Assembly (NCBI RefSeq): GCF_009914755.1
Contig: NC_060929.1
Strand: one strand, 5' to 3'
From: the human T2T-CHM13v2.0 reference genome, Homo sapiens
Length of the DNA: 64,000 nt
Part shown: positions 28,860 to 42,107 of the stretch, piece after piece
How the letters are laid out: each line of letters starts with the position of its first letter
How positions within the stretch are numbered: the first letter of the stretch is position 1
Translations under genes and position numbers: made by a program
The notes under the pieces: model-generated
Seen by the model: the letters and a program-made list of their open reading frames with translations, nothing else
Told to the model about the DNA's origin: nothing
The model's database searches: none

Positions 28860-29060
28860 TGCTAAATCCTTATTATGTTCAAGGCAATATTTAAAGTCTT
28901 TACAAATACTAGCTATTGTACTTTCTTAACAAACCTATTTGGTAGGTACTATTATTCCCATTTTACAGATTAGGAAACTAAAATATAGAGATTTTCAAAT
29001 TCCCCAGCTATTAAGTAGCACAGTAAGAATACAAACAGAAAGAGTCTGCATTTTTTAAAC
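28860..29060 (-). mobile_element. MIR
   Basis: ggtaggtactattattcccattttacagattaggaaact. Confidence 0.75.
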
Positions 29061-30323
29061 AAAGTATGTACTGAGTCTGGATCTAATTGCAAACTATGGG
29101 GAGGAAATTCCTGAAATTCAGAAAATTGTGGAAATTTTGAAATATTATAATTAATGATGGAACCTAACACAGCTAATGCCTCAGAGTAAATATCTATCTA
29201 ATTACTTCACACAATAGCAGTGGAAAATGAAAGTGTAGGTTGTAGGATCGCTTCCCGCTCTTGTCCCGTACAAAGACAACATTTAACACAGATGGTCTGT
29301 TGCTGGTACGTTTTCATTCTCTCAAGAGTCACAACAGGGAGGAATTCTACAAAGCAGCATGATGTGAAGAGGATCTAGATTACCAGGTCAGGAGTGGAAC
29401 ATGAATCAGGAGGCAGCCCTAGCTCTGCCACCAACTATTCAAGTGACCTATCCCCACTAGTGATAGATCTATAACAGGAAGTATTTTAAGTACATGCATT
29501 CTAAGGTTCCTATTGGCTCTAAAACCTCTCCCTCTATATCCTCTATCATCTAGTTTCTAGACTAATCTCAAAAACATCTTGGCCAGTGGTATGTTCATTC
29601 CCAAACAAATCTTTCTGAGATGTTTCATAGAATTCTCCAAACATGTCTTTGATTCTGTTTCCACTACTCTGGCCCCTGGTGCTCCAGGTGTGGGAGGGAA
29701 CAGAGAAGATGTGTCGGTTTCTCACTTTGAAGGGTAAGGCCTCTTGAAAATAATGACTGTATTTAGTGAATATTGGATATACTTTCAGAATTACCAAATG
29801 ATTTTGATAATCCTTTAGAGTAAAACATAATTTTGATGATGATAAAATGTTCATTGTGATTATCTCTGGTGGCTGAGGATTACAGATGATATTTTTCTTC
29901 TTTATATTTTATTTTCAAAATGTTTGTAATGAGTATACATTTTGTTTTGTAAACTAAAAAAGCAGTATATTTTAAAAACCTTAGTGGCACAAAGTTGTGA
30001 ATGTAGTTCATGCCACTGAACTATATACTTTAAACTGACTAAAATAGTAAATTTATGTTATGTATCCCTTAGGCCAGTAAAATTAATACAAAAAATAACC
30101 TTATGGGGGACGCTAATAATCATACTATCTTCAGAAGTATTTCTCTGAAAATAATTATCAATTTGCATAAAATCAAACAAAGGCAGAATATGCAATAACC
30201 ACTATGCAATTTGACAGATAATAATGCTATTGAAATCAAGAATGCTGCTTTTTAAAATCTGGTAACTCTGAGGTCAAATGTATATGTTTTATCAAACACC
30301 CAAATGTGAATGTTTAAATGTTT

Positions 30324-30526
30324 ACAGCGGTGTAAGGGAGTCAGCTCATGCTTGCTCAACTGTCAGTTCATTACAGGCTCAATTCCCAAAGTCACGTTCA
30401 GTGTATCATGTCAGCAGCTTGAAATCAGCTGTGGTAGGAGTATTTACGCTGTGGAAATTGGCCAGTGCTACAAATCAGAGCTTTTTTTTTTTTTTCCTGG
30501 AAAACCGGTTTACCAATGCATCACTG
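30324..30526. mobile_element. MER63-like hAT-Blackjack DNA transposon
   Basis: gcttgaaatcagctgtggtaggagtatttac...ggaaattggc...ctacaaatcag; ends cagcggtg / catcactg. Confidence 0.7.
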
Positions 30527-31269
30527 TTTAAATAATAAACATATCAATCAACAGAAAGTTCTGCAAACAAAATTTTTAAAATCAACTATCTCAAATCATT
30601 TTATAAATTTAAGCAAATATAGTTAAAAGCACTAAAAAGACTTACCCAAGCTGGTGGATAAACTAGAATAGGAACTTGGGTTTTCAAATTTCTTACCTTT
30701 ATATCTTAAAGCCCCAAATGCACACAAAAAAAGAAAGATTATCTAAAGTCCAATCTTGCCATGTCTACTTACATGTTTACTGAAGCTGCAAGATCAACTT
30801 TCTAATCTTCTGGGGGCAAACTCCCTCTAAAGTCATGAGCTGTGGCAGATAGTAATAGTTCTCTGACAAGGGGATAACATATATCCTTTCTCTGCATCCT
30901 CTCAAAGGGTTCACAACTTTGGGAGAGAAATCAACCCCCTCCCCTCTTTATCATAAAAACCGTAGAATAAAGAAGTTTGAAGGAGAGAGGAAGGGACTTA
31001 AGATATGCTTTAGCCCATGAATTAGACTGGAATATTCCAAGCTGCTTGGCAAGGTCATTATCACCAGTGTCAACACTCCATGGGCCTAGACTGTCAATGC
31101 TTGCCCTCCCTCTAGGATTAGGTCTTCCACAAACCACGTGCAAACACACAGCTGTTGTCCCATTGAGTAAAGCAAATCATATCTTTCACTTATATCATAT
31201 GACTCCACTCAACATGAGTGAAAGTATGACCAACTCAAAGATCCTAATCTTCATTGTCATTACCATCAG

Positions 31270-31490
31270 TAGTATTTTCTGAATGCTTACTATGTACAGG
31301 CTTCATACTTGAAGTTTACACATATTATATCAAGTCCTCCAAACAATTTTTTGAGATAGATATTATTGTTATTCCCATTTTTACAAAAGCTCAGAGTAGT
31401 TAAATCCCTTTCTAAAGTAACAAAGCAATGAAATAATCAAGCCACCCTTTTCCAGGCAACCTGACCCCTAAACTAACACTCTAAACCATG
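31270..31490 (-). mobile_element. MIR
   Basis: tgaatgcttactatgtacagg...attattgttattcccatttttaca. Confidence 0.65.
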
Positions 31491-31529
31491 AAATCAAACA
31501 GCCAACCACAGGAATGTGGATATATTTAA

Positions 31530-31932
<403 letters not shown>

Positions 31933-32207
31933 CAGACCAAGGCTTTTTTTATCCAAATCACAGTACTATGTGCTTAGAGTATACAAGCTAATTGTATTAA
32001 TAATAGCCTAAACACAGCATAATTTATCAAATAAATCTTAAGGCACAAATATTTCTAACTTCGCTTATTTGTAGAGAAAATCTCGTTTATTTCTAAGTGT
32101 AAATTTATATTCCATGGCTCTGGAAAACTCCATTTTGAAGCTCTGTTAATCTGGTGGTTCTGGTTTGATCTTATGTCTCAATATCCAAATCCTACACCTG
32201 TAAAAAC

Positions 32208-32272
32208 TGGAGGAGGAGGAGGAGGAGGAGGAGGAGGAAGTAGAGGAAAAGGAGGGAGAGGAGGAAAAGGGG
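32208..32272 (+). repeat. (GGA)n microsatellite and purine tract
   Basis: About 10 GGA units followed by G/A-rich sequence. Confidence 0.9.
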
Positions 32273-32497
32273 AATATACAGGCATGAATTCCGCACCTCC
32301 CATCCATCGAGCCTAGCATCAGTAGGCATATTAGTTTCTTATTTATGGAATCCAGAATGCTCGGATATAATAACCAAAGATTATTATCATCATTGCACAA
32401 GACTACATTCTTTGAATTATGGACCTTGTTTCATTGAAGAAAGAAAAAACTCTTATGGCCAAACTTTAATTTGTAGGGCTTAAGCAAAGAAAACTAG

Positions 32498-32818
<321 letters not shown>

Positions 32819-33779
32819 GAGAAGACTTTCAACATTATTTCTCAATTCCCATGGAAGGATATAAAAGAGTCTCTGTGATTTTTATTTTAGTTGTATTTTA
32901 TTTATTATCATATATTATTCATTTTGGCCACTGTGCATGTTCCTTTTATAGTTATATTTACATAAACGTCCTATTCCAGTTGTTTATCTTTGACCACCTG
33001 GTCTTTGTTTTAATTTGCACACACACAAATGAAAGCTGTGGCACAGGCTAGGAGGGCTTGGGCAGAGGCCATGTCTAAACAGTCAAAGGGCTCAGGCAGT
33101 GGCTGTGGATGGCTGCACAGCAGTCAACTGCCATTAATCTTGAAAATAAAGCTGTCAGAATTCACATTTTCTTTCAATGATCATGTACTATCAAAACCTT
33201 ATTCCTATTTAAACATAAAGTCCAGCTATAACTACTTGCACATTTTGTCAGCTTTATCACAGGCAGCTCATATCAAGAAGTGAAATTCACCGGGCAAGCC
33301 CCAGCTGGCTCCAGCCCTCAGACAGGTTTAGGATGCCTCCTCCCACCAGAATCTGTTGTGTTAAAACTTGAATGCCCTGAGGGAGGCAAAAGCATTCCTT
33401 TGTTTACCACTCTCTGCTGGCTTCTGTCCCTCCCCCAGGGTTTTACTTACCTTTCCGGTTCCTAAAGGCCTTTGAGTTTGTGACCCCTGCTCTAGACTTT
33501 CAGAAAATCTCACCTTTGACACAATTTCTTATAATAAGGATTAACTCAACATCTTACATAAGAGTTCAGCCAATACTGTTTAACTACGTCAGTATGCTTC
33601 CCATAGGCTAGTAAATTGCTGCGTAACTGAAATAACCGTAACACCCGGCTGACTGGAGTAATGGGACCAACTCATCTCATTCTGCTTCCAAAGCATCGTG
33701 CATATGGCCATCGAGCTCATCTTTCATCATTTTATTTCCATTACCTACAGGATAAAGCTTGAACTAACCACACTGGCAT

Positions 33780-34078
33780 CAAGGTTCCTTCATAATTCAG
33801 CCTCCAGATAAATGTTCACTATTCCTCTACTTCACCAACAAACTCTCCACTCTCCACTCTCACACACATACCTGGTCCATGCCCATTTATTTGTTCATGA
33901 GCACTACTCCTTTCCCTTTCTGCCTTCCCCATGACCCCACATTGAAACTCAAACCCCACATTTTCCATTAGACTTTTATAAGTCATACCAGTCTCAATTG
34001 ATTTGCCTCCTTTTAACTGTAAATGCTCAATAAATACTTGTTGAATGAATGAATGAATGAATGAATGAATGAATGAAT
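33780..34078 (+). mobile_element. L2 3' end with (GAAT)n tail
   Basis: tgctcaataaatacttgttgaatgaatgaat... Confidence 0.75.
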
Positions 34079-34870
34079 TCCAGCATGACCACATGCTTAC
34101 TATTTAATTATGGCCAAGTGGTTTAACCTTTTAAAGATATAGTTTTTTTAATCTATAAAAATGTAATTTGGGCAACGATTAAATGAGATGTTATATACGA
34201 AATTATCTAGTAGAGATGCTATATTGACTCAAAAGATATTAGCTAGTACAGAGAGTCAATAAATATTAGCCTAATTCACTGCCTTTCTATCGCTTTTATT
34301 TTTAGTTAACTTTTCAGTTATGTAGACTGTTTTTTCCTAGCTTCATTGTTGAAGCAAGGACCCATTTTTTAAAACTTTTTATATCACTCGCTGCAGCTAG
34401 CAAAGAGCTTTGCTAATAAATATATATCAGTTGATTGAGTGAGTACGAGGAAAGCTTATCTATTGAAAAATAAGTTCAAAGACTGTTCACTGACACTGGA
34501 ATTTCCTCCTTTAGAGACATTTTGTTCTAAGTTAGGAATTGCCCCTGTTTAATCCAAACCTGCATGAGACAGAGAGTAACAGACTACATTTCACTGACCA
34601 TTAACATCTGTGCCAGTAAGAGTTGTCTTTTGTTTACAAGGAGCAGAAACTCCCATGCAGGTTGTTGCTATTGTATGAGGCATGGTGACTGGTTTAATTC
34701 AGCAATTTAATATAACAGCTTATTTAATGTCTCCAACATTTCAACTCAATTTCAGCACAGAGATAAGAGAGGAAAGAGAAATATAGACCGTGCTCTGTCA
34801 AGGAAGGACAGGGAGGAAAGCTGGGGGCGGTGCACCTTCAGAACTGTAGCATGAGGGCGCTCAGCAGTAC

Positions 34871-34962
34871 TAAGGTGACCACCTGCCCCAGTTTGCCCAG
34901 CACTAAAGATTTCCTGGAATTTAGGGCATTCAGTGCTAAAACCAAGAAAACTCAGCAGGAAA
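34871..34962. mobile_element. MER81-like DNA transposon fragment
   Basis: taaggtgaccacctgccccagtttgccc...ttcagtgctaaaacc. Confidence 0.6.
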
Positions 34963-35056
34963 ATATTGTCCAAAATAATGTAATATCACTGAAAGACTCA
35001 CTTCAAAAGTGTTCTTAGGGTCAATACAGCATGTAGAGCAGCACAGACCTGTCCCT

Positions 35057-35265
35057 GCCAGGTTAGCAGTTGGTTAGAGCAAAATGCTAATGAGGCCAAG
35101 GCTAAAGGTTTGCTTTGATTTCCCAGGAAACTTTGCTCTCTTCCACAATCAGAAACTGTGTACTTCTCTTAAGCCAGCCATTCTGCAATGTCACTGACTA
35201 ATCACAAGGGGAACAAGGAGAGAGAGCATAGCTACTGTGGAACAAATCTTTCACTGGTGCTAGTA
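35057..35265 (+). mobile_element. MamSINE1-like tRNA-Ile-derived SINE relic
   Basis: Head ggttagcagttggttagagc...tgctaatgaggccaagg resembles tRNA-Ile(AAT); body gccagcc...tcacaagggg...gagagag resembles the recalled MamSINE1 consensus. Confidence 0.65.
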
Positions 35266-35879
35266 ACGAGGGTGGAGGGACACTGATGTTTTCCTTGTGC
35301 ATGAACATTTGTCGCATGAAGAAACTCATTTTCTGAACTTATTTGTTAGTAAAATGCATATCTAGGTAACAATAATGACACATAATTGCAAATCTCTACT
35401 GCATATTCTCCTACGTATTTCATTCTAATCCTGTGAAATCAGCATAACAGATATCAAACAGAGCAGAACTGGGATCACCTGCAGTTGCCCAGCCAGCAAG
35501 CAAGAGACACATTCGAACTCTCGCTTCCTACTGTTTGTTTGTTTGTATTTGTTGTTACTGTTTGGGTACAAGTCACAGCCTCCTATAACCCAGCAAAATA
35601 TGCAACCTGAATATTGAGACTCCCTTGACTTTGTGTATATCACTTCCATAAGAACTCCAGAACTCTTCAGGTCCCAAGGACCAAGGAATGCAGCCTTAAA
35701 ACTGCTGTACATCTGCCAAACATTGGCTGCAACACACACAGTGTGCTGGTCATTTCCTGCGTGAGTACAGGCATAAAGCACATCCACATTGCTCACCCTG
35801 TTGGTCAGGCTCAGGTGGTTAGAAAAAGCATCCTGCTTTTAATGTTTAGATGCTGCCAGTCTCTGCACCTCATTGTTTT

Positions 35880-36213
35880 GTTTTGTTTAGGTGTTTACTT
35901 TTCCATGCTTTTCTGACTAAATTCAGATTCAGTGGTGTTCATCTTAGTGAACTAAAAGTTGAATTTCCCAAACACATTTATTTCTTTACAGCAAACATAG
36001 GTAGGATGAAAACCGCCCTGTGTCACACTGATATGTTAATCATTAACTGACTTTTAAAAACATAGCCTCAGCTAGATTGAGTCACATGAAGAAAGAGCTT
36101 CCTGCAATTCAAGGACTGTACAAAGCTGAAACGCAGAGATTTTCATATTATTTGGGAGACTCAGAAATGAGCTTTTAAGGTTGTTCCTTGACTTGCGGGT
36201 CAATAAGCGCACA
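35880..36213 (+). promoter_or_regulatory. Putative promoter/5'UTR of exon 1B with HNF1, AP-1 and forkhead motifs
   Basis: GTTAATCATTAAC 36035-36047 (perfect HNF1 consensus), TGAGTCA 36078-36084, TGTTTAC 35892-35898, in unique sequence just upstream of the ATG. Confidence 0.65.
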
Positions 36214-36338
36214 ATGGTGAAGAAAAGGCTGCCTTCTAGTGACACGGTGTTCCGGTTTGAGACTCCGGGCAGCCCAAGGAAGGCCAACGTGGAGGCCTCA
36301 CGCAGCTCCACAGACAGCCCCAGCTCGGTGTTCCTCAG
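36214..36338 (+). CDS. GRAMD2B: GRAMD2B alternative first coding exon 1B (MVKKRLPSSDTVFRFETPGSPRKANVEASRSSTDSPSSVFL[S])
   Basis: Strong Kozak ACAATGG; donor CAG|GTGGGT at 36339; phase 2; local CpG enrichment. The peptide resembles the recalled mouse Gramd2b N-terminus (MVKK...SSTDSPSSVFLSSEAENG). Confidence 0.9.
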
Positions 36339-38249
36339 GTGGGTACAGCCTGGGCCTGGCCATCCACGTCTGTCCCCCTGGTGGCCTCAGCTACCCAACT
36401 GGTGACCCTTGGAGAGCTCCTTTTTCATTCCTGGAGGTAGGGATCAGCCATGGGAAGAGAAGGTGCAGCCTAGGCATCCTGACCAGTGGATTCGAAGGGG
36501 GTATGTAATAAGGGATGGGCTCTTCTGAGCAAATAGAACTATTATTACTATGAAGGAAAAATAATTTTTAGTGCCTTCTTTAGTACTTTCTTAGTACTGG
36601 ATAACTGGTCACTATGCAATTCCTCAATTCTTGACTCACTCTCAGGTTCATAAGAAGTGAAAACAAATCGTTGAACCCCAAATCGACTTTGGTATCAAAA
36701 TTACATGAACTATTATTAAAATAATAATTATTAAAATATTAAGATAATTGCCTTCTTTTTGCCTTTCCAATTTAAATTTAAAATAGTAGCAACTGTTCTC
36801 TGGTTCAAGTACTTACTGCATAGTGATTTATAGCAGTTTTGGCCAATTTCAGAACATATTCATTTTAGCTATAAACTCATCAGTATCCAAATCAGCACAT
36901 TAATATCCACATCAACACCACTCTAATAACTACATATTTTTCATGAAAATTTATTTTTCAAATTCTTTATTCATTTTGTCTCATTATATTTATCTAGCAA
37001 TTTATAGAATGTAGAAATTTAGTATAAGTGGAAATCACATATTCAAAAGAAAGTTTTTCATCCAACTTTCATGTAAACTTTAACGTAGCATTCATGTAAA
37101 CTTCTCAGAATAACCCCCACACCCAAACTTTACTTTTTGACAGCACCATATCCAGAAATTCAAGAGTTAAATATGATCGTTGTTTTCTTTTTTAAATGGT
37201 TTTAAATCATTTACACAAAAAGTACTTTAAATTATAGCTTTCAAAAATTTAATAGAAAACAAAGAAGTTCTATTTTATTTAATTGCATTCACATATCAGA
37301 ATGCCAGGTTATGAAAATAAATTAAACACTTTTAAAAAGAAGTTTTAGAGACCAAAAAAGTGAATGTGTGCAAATTGTTTTGTAATATATCTATTTTCAA
37401 GTTACTTAATTTTTCTATCCATTATTAAAATGAATCTATCTTACTTGTATTAGTAGTTGAGCAAGGGTATAATTCTGTGATTTAAAATGTAAAACTTAGG
37501 CAAACAAAGAGAAAAAATAAAAATAAAATAAAATGTAAAACTCATCCATTATTTCCATATTTTGCTGAGCTTCAAGTGCCTCTTGAATTGCTTTGTCTGT
37601 GGAATCCATCTCTTAAGTAGACTGTCATGCAAATTCTTCTTTGGAGCTCAAGCTCTAACCAGGAAAAAAATTAAATTAAATCAAAATGTATCAACAAACA
37701 AATAAATATTAAAACAAATACAAAATACATAAAGTATAATTGAAACAAAATAAATGTTTTCATAATTATAGATAAATAGAATAAAAGTAAAATAAAACCC
37801 ACATCAACTTAAATTCAAGCCTCTTGCAAAAAAAGCTCCAGCCTATGTCACCCGCATATTTGAGTATTCAATATCAAATTTCTATGTTAGCATCTGTAAG
37901 TGGTTTTTTTAAATGTGTATTAGAACCGACCTAAAAAAATTTAACATATCTCTAAGTAGGTCAGGCATTGAAGGACTTTTAGTCTAGTTGAAAGATCTAT
38001 TTAATGTATTGTGTAGAAAATCACTGAAAATAATTTGTGGAAGCATTCAGGCACACATTGGTTAAATCTTTGAGATAAAAAAATAAGACCAGGTAAACAC
38101 TTTCCTTTACCTTCTAAATAAGTATTGAGAATTTATGTGGCTGTTTTAGTATCACATTATCCTTTCAGTGAACTAGAGCTAATAAAATGTACTTGCAGAT
38201 CAACAAGCCACTTCAAATAGGCACAGATACAATTTACACAGTGTTTGTA

Positions 38250-38785
38250 TTCAATCACTCAATTCAACAAAAGTTTATTGAGTAATTATTATATGCCAGG
38301 CTATGTACAAGGCACAGAGGTTACAATCATGAGTGAGATAGACTTAGTCCCTGCTCTCATGGAGATTTAGTTTAATGTTTAAGACAGGCCAAAAAAATGA
38401 ATGAATGCATATGTGCATACATAAATACATAATTCAAAAATTAATATGTTTTATAGGAAACAAAGCTGAGGCAGACAGTAAGATAGAGAAAACTACTTTG
38501 GATGGGGTGGTAAGTAAAGGACTCTCCAAGGAAGTGATATTTAGGCTGACTTAGAACCAGTCATCATAAGACTGAGAAGGAGCGTGGTTGCCCTGCATAG
38601 GGAAGATAGGGAAGAAGTCTAGAGGAAACTGCGAAGAGTGGCACCCATGAAATCAGAGAGATAAACAGATGATAAGGGGGGTTAGAGTTCTATTCTAATT
38701 GTGGCAGGAAGCCACTGAGGGTTTAGAATAGAAGAGTGTCATAACGTGACATTCACTTTAAAAGAGCACTCTGGCCTACTTGTGG
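38250..38785 (-). mobile_element. L2
   Basis: ttcaacaaaagtttattgag...atgccagg...gtccctgctctcatggag. Confidence 0.75.
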
Positions 38786-38789
38786 TTGA

Positions 38790-40680
38790 TTTCCAGTTGT
38801 CTGAGCATTCAAGCAATGCTGCATCTTGCCTGTTTCCCCTGGTACATTGTGGAAGGGTGTCTCTAAGGCACATACCTAGAGGAAATGTTCATCATAGATT
38901 ATGAACATGATTAACTTTTTTTGCCAATGTCATTCTGTGTTCCAAAGTTCTGTGTCATTTGCGCTACCACCAGCAGTTATTCTGCTGCCTCAGCAACACT
39001 GGAATTGTCTGATTTTTTTACCTTTTTCAATCTGCAAGGTGTGAAATGGTAACTCAATGTGGGTTTAATATATGTTAAACTAAGAGGAGAAACATCTTTT
39101 CAACATGTTTAGTGGTCTTTTTTTGTTTTCTCTTCTATAAAATGCCTACTTATGAATTTATATCCCTTTTGGAGGAAAGAGGTCACTATCGTTTTCTTCT
39201 TTTGAGATAGTTTTTTAAAATACTCCAGATGCTGATCTTTTGTTATGTGTTGCAAGTATTTTATTCCAACATATGACTTGTCTGTTTACACTCTCTACTA
39301 TGTCTGAGTTCTTATTTTAATTTGTTAGTTTATTAATTATTTTCTTTATGATTTGTTTATGACTTAAGAAATCCTTCCATACCCTGAAGTCATAAGAACA
39401 TATGTATTTTCTGCTAGAAGTGTGTTTTCCTTTCAAACTAGGATTCTTTCTGTGTTTAGAACGTATTTCCTTTTCTGATGTGAATTAGGGCATCATTCTA
39501 AATTATTTGTAGAGATAATAAATTGTCCCACATTATTTATTGAATAGACTGTCCTTTCGTCACTAATCTGTAATGCCAGCTCTGTCATATATCACTGTCT
39601 TAATTACCATCACTTTATAATAAAAAATCTGCTAAGACAAGACTCCTTACCCAGTTCAGAAGTGTTTCATTACGTTGACCCTTTGTTCTTCCACTTAAAT
39701 TTTAGAATTAGCTTATCAAGTAAAACTTTTTAAAAATGAAATTACATTAAGCCTATTGTTCAACTTGAGAAAATTCAACATCTTTACGATGTTAAATATA
39801 CCAATTCATAAACATGGTATAGCTTTCCATTTATTTAGGTTTTCTTTAATGTCCTTCAATAAAGTTTTAGAATATTCTGCATAAAGATCTTACACATCAT
39901 GTTAGATTTATTCCTAGATATTTTACACCTTTGTTGTTATTGTAAATATATTTTACATTGTATTTTCTTTTGTCAATGTACAGAAATATAATTAGATTTC
40001 TAAATTGATCTTATGTTCAACATCCTTGCTAAACTTTTAATAATAAACCTGTAGACACTAAGAGATTTTCTTTGTAGACAATAATATTGAAATAATAAAA
40101 ATTTTATTTTTACCTTTCCAAAATTTACTCCTTGAAATCTTTTTGTTTTTTTTTTTCGAGATGGAGTCTCGCTCAGTCACCCAGGCTGGAGTGCAGTGGT
40201 GCGATCTCGGCTCACTGCAAGCTCTGCCTTCCTGGGTTCACACCATTCTCCTGCCTCAGCCTCCCGAGTGGCTGGGACTACAGGCGCCTGCCACCACACC
40301 TGGCTAATTTTTTTGTATTTTTAATAGAGACAGGGTTTCACCATGTTAGCCAGGATGGTCTCGATCTCCTGACCTCGTGATCCACCCTTCTCGGCCTCCC
40401 AAAGTGCTGAGATTACAGGCATGAGCCACCGCGCCCGGCCACTCCTTTAAATCTTCTTTTGCTTTATTACACAAGCAAGGAACACTAGTATAATGTTGAG
40501 TAGATGCAATAATTCTAGATATCCTTGTATTGTTCCTGATTTTAAAGGGAATGCTTTTAATATTTCAGGATTTATCAGCTGTTTTCAGATTAAAAGTTTC
40601 CTTCTAGTTAAAGTTTTCCAAGAGGTTGTTAAAGTTATTCAGTGCTTTCCCAGCCTCCATTGAGTTAATCCCCATTTGAA
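38790..40680 (-). mobile_element. Old L1M fragment interrupted by Alu
   Basis: T-rich degenerate antisense ORF2 (catggtatagctttccatttatttagg; ttgttcctgattttaaagggaatgc). Confidence 0.75.
40140..40440 (-). mobile_element. AluY/Sc
   Basis: Reverse dimer; TSD actccttKaaatctt. Confidence 0.95.
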
Positions 40681-42107
40681 AATCTTTGACATTGATAATG
40701 TGCACAGTACCTCAAAATTCAAAATTTGCAGAAATCATCGTTTCTCAAAATATACAGAACATTAAGCAGACTTGGAAAAACATGAATTGCTGTAACGTCT
40801 ATAGGTAGTTGACTGGGAAAGGCTTTGGTGAATTAAGAGTTTCATAAATTATCACTCCGGAAATTTAAGAAATCAAAAACCTCTATTGGATCAAGAAGCT
40901 TTTGGAGATTTATTATGCAAATTAGCCATTAGGCAAAAGTGAAAGTTGCTCAGTGGAGTTAGTGTGTAGAATAGGACACCATGGCCTTTGGGAGTACAAA
41001 CAAGGCCCAAGATGGGAACTGAAGAGGACAAAAATGAGGCAGAACTAATCGGAAATGTTAGGAGGGTGCTCAAAGTCCTTCTGTGTTCTGGGATGAGGTC
41101 CACTCCAGGCTGCAGTCAACGATAACCTTGGTGTCCAAGGCAGCCCCACAGTCACACTCATTATGCCTCCATTTAGTCGCTCCAATGCATCTGTGTCTTC
41201 TCCTCTATTCTAGCTGCCACCAGTGGGTAGGAAAGAAAATGTTTGCCCTTCTTTCCTTCTGCCCTCTTCTCTCAAGAGCTTTGTCTTTTCTTAGCCAACC
41301 CCACTTCTCCTGCTGTTACAAAAAGGACAGGAGCACTCTATGGCACCAGATGAACAGGAACACAGCAGACACTGTGCCATGACCCATTTTCACTAGTCAA
41401 GCCCATGGGCTCAGCGCCTGTTCACAAGACTGCTATGTAGAGGCTGGAGTGGGGCCAAGTCCTGGAAAATGAGGTTACTTCTCCAAGAGCAGGGATGAGA
41501 TGGAAGCATTCAAAGGAAGCAGCACTGTTTTAAGGGGATATATAATGGCATTAGTTTTCTGGGTGTGGAGCAGGTATTTCAGCAAATGGGCAAGGTCAGG
41601 GCAGGAGGACCTATGAACTCTGCAGAGCTTCACAGAGGAGAGTGAGGGGCAGGCTAAGACAGGAGGCAGAGAAAGAACAAATTGCACCAGGATATAGTGA
41701 GACATGGCTATGGAAGTTAAAATGAGGAGGTTGTCAGAGGACTAGGCTCTCTTAGGAGAGTTAGAATTTTCCCAGCAGGAAAGAATAAAACTCGCCAGCA
41801 GTGTCATTGCAAGGAGCGAAAGGACCTCTGGTCTCTTTCCCAGACTTCACCAGATACTTCCGCACATTCAATATTTTCTCAATGCACATGCTCTATCTAG
41901 TTGCCAGGCTGTTGAACATGCTGGAAGTCCTCTTTGATGGCCTCAAAAATTCCTATGCCCTTTCAAGATGCACCTGGAAGGTCTAGTTTAAGCTCTGGGT
42001 AACTTCCCTTTGCCACCCACACCCCCACTCTCATCCCTCAGAACTAGCAACCTTTTAATTGTTGGCACTATATCCTATATTAACCACTTATCAGAATGTA
42101 TTGCCAT

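Noticed and set aside
35057-35125. tRNA-Ile gene
   Set aside because: D-arm deletion and decayed T-arm and acceptor stem; continues into SINE body sequence.
36339-36405. Extension of the 36181-36405 ORF beyond the donor
   Set aside because: Similarity to the recalled Gramd2b N-terminus ends at the CAG|GTGGGT donor; the rest is intron read-through.
36600-37950. Very AT-rich stretch, possible matrix attachment region
   Set aside because: Composition alone is not diagnostic.
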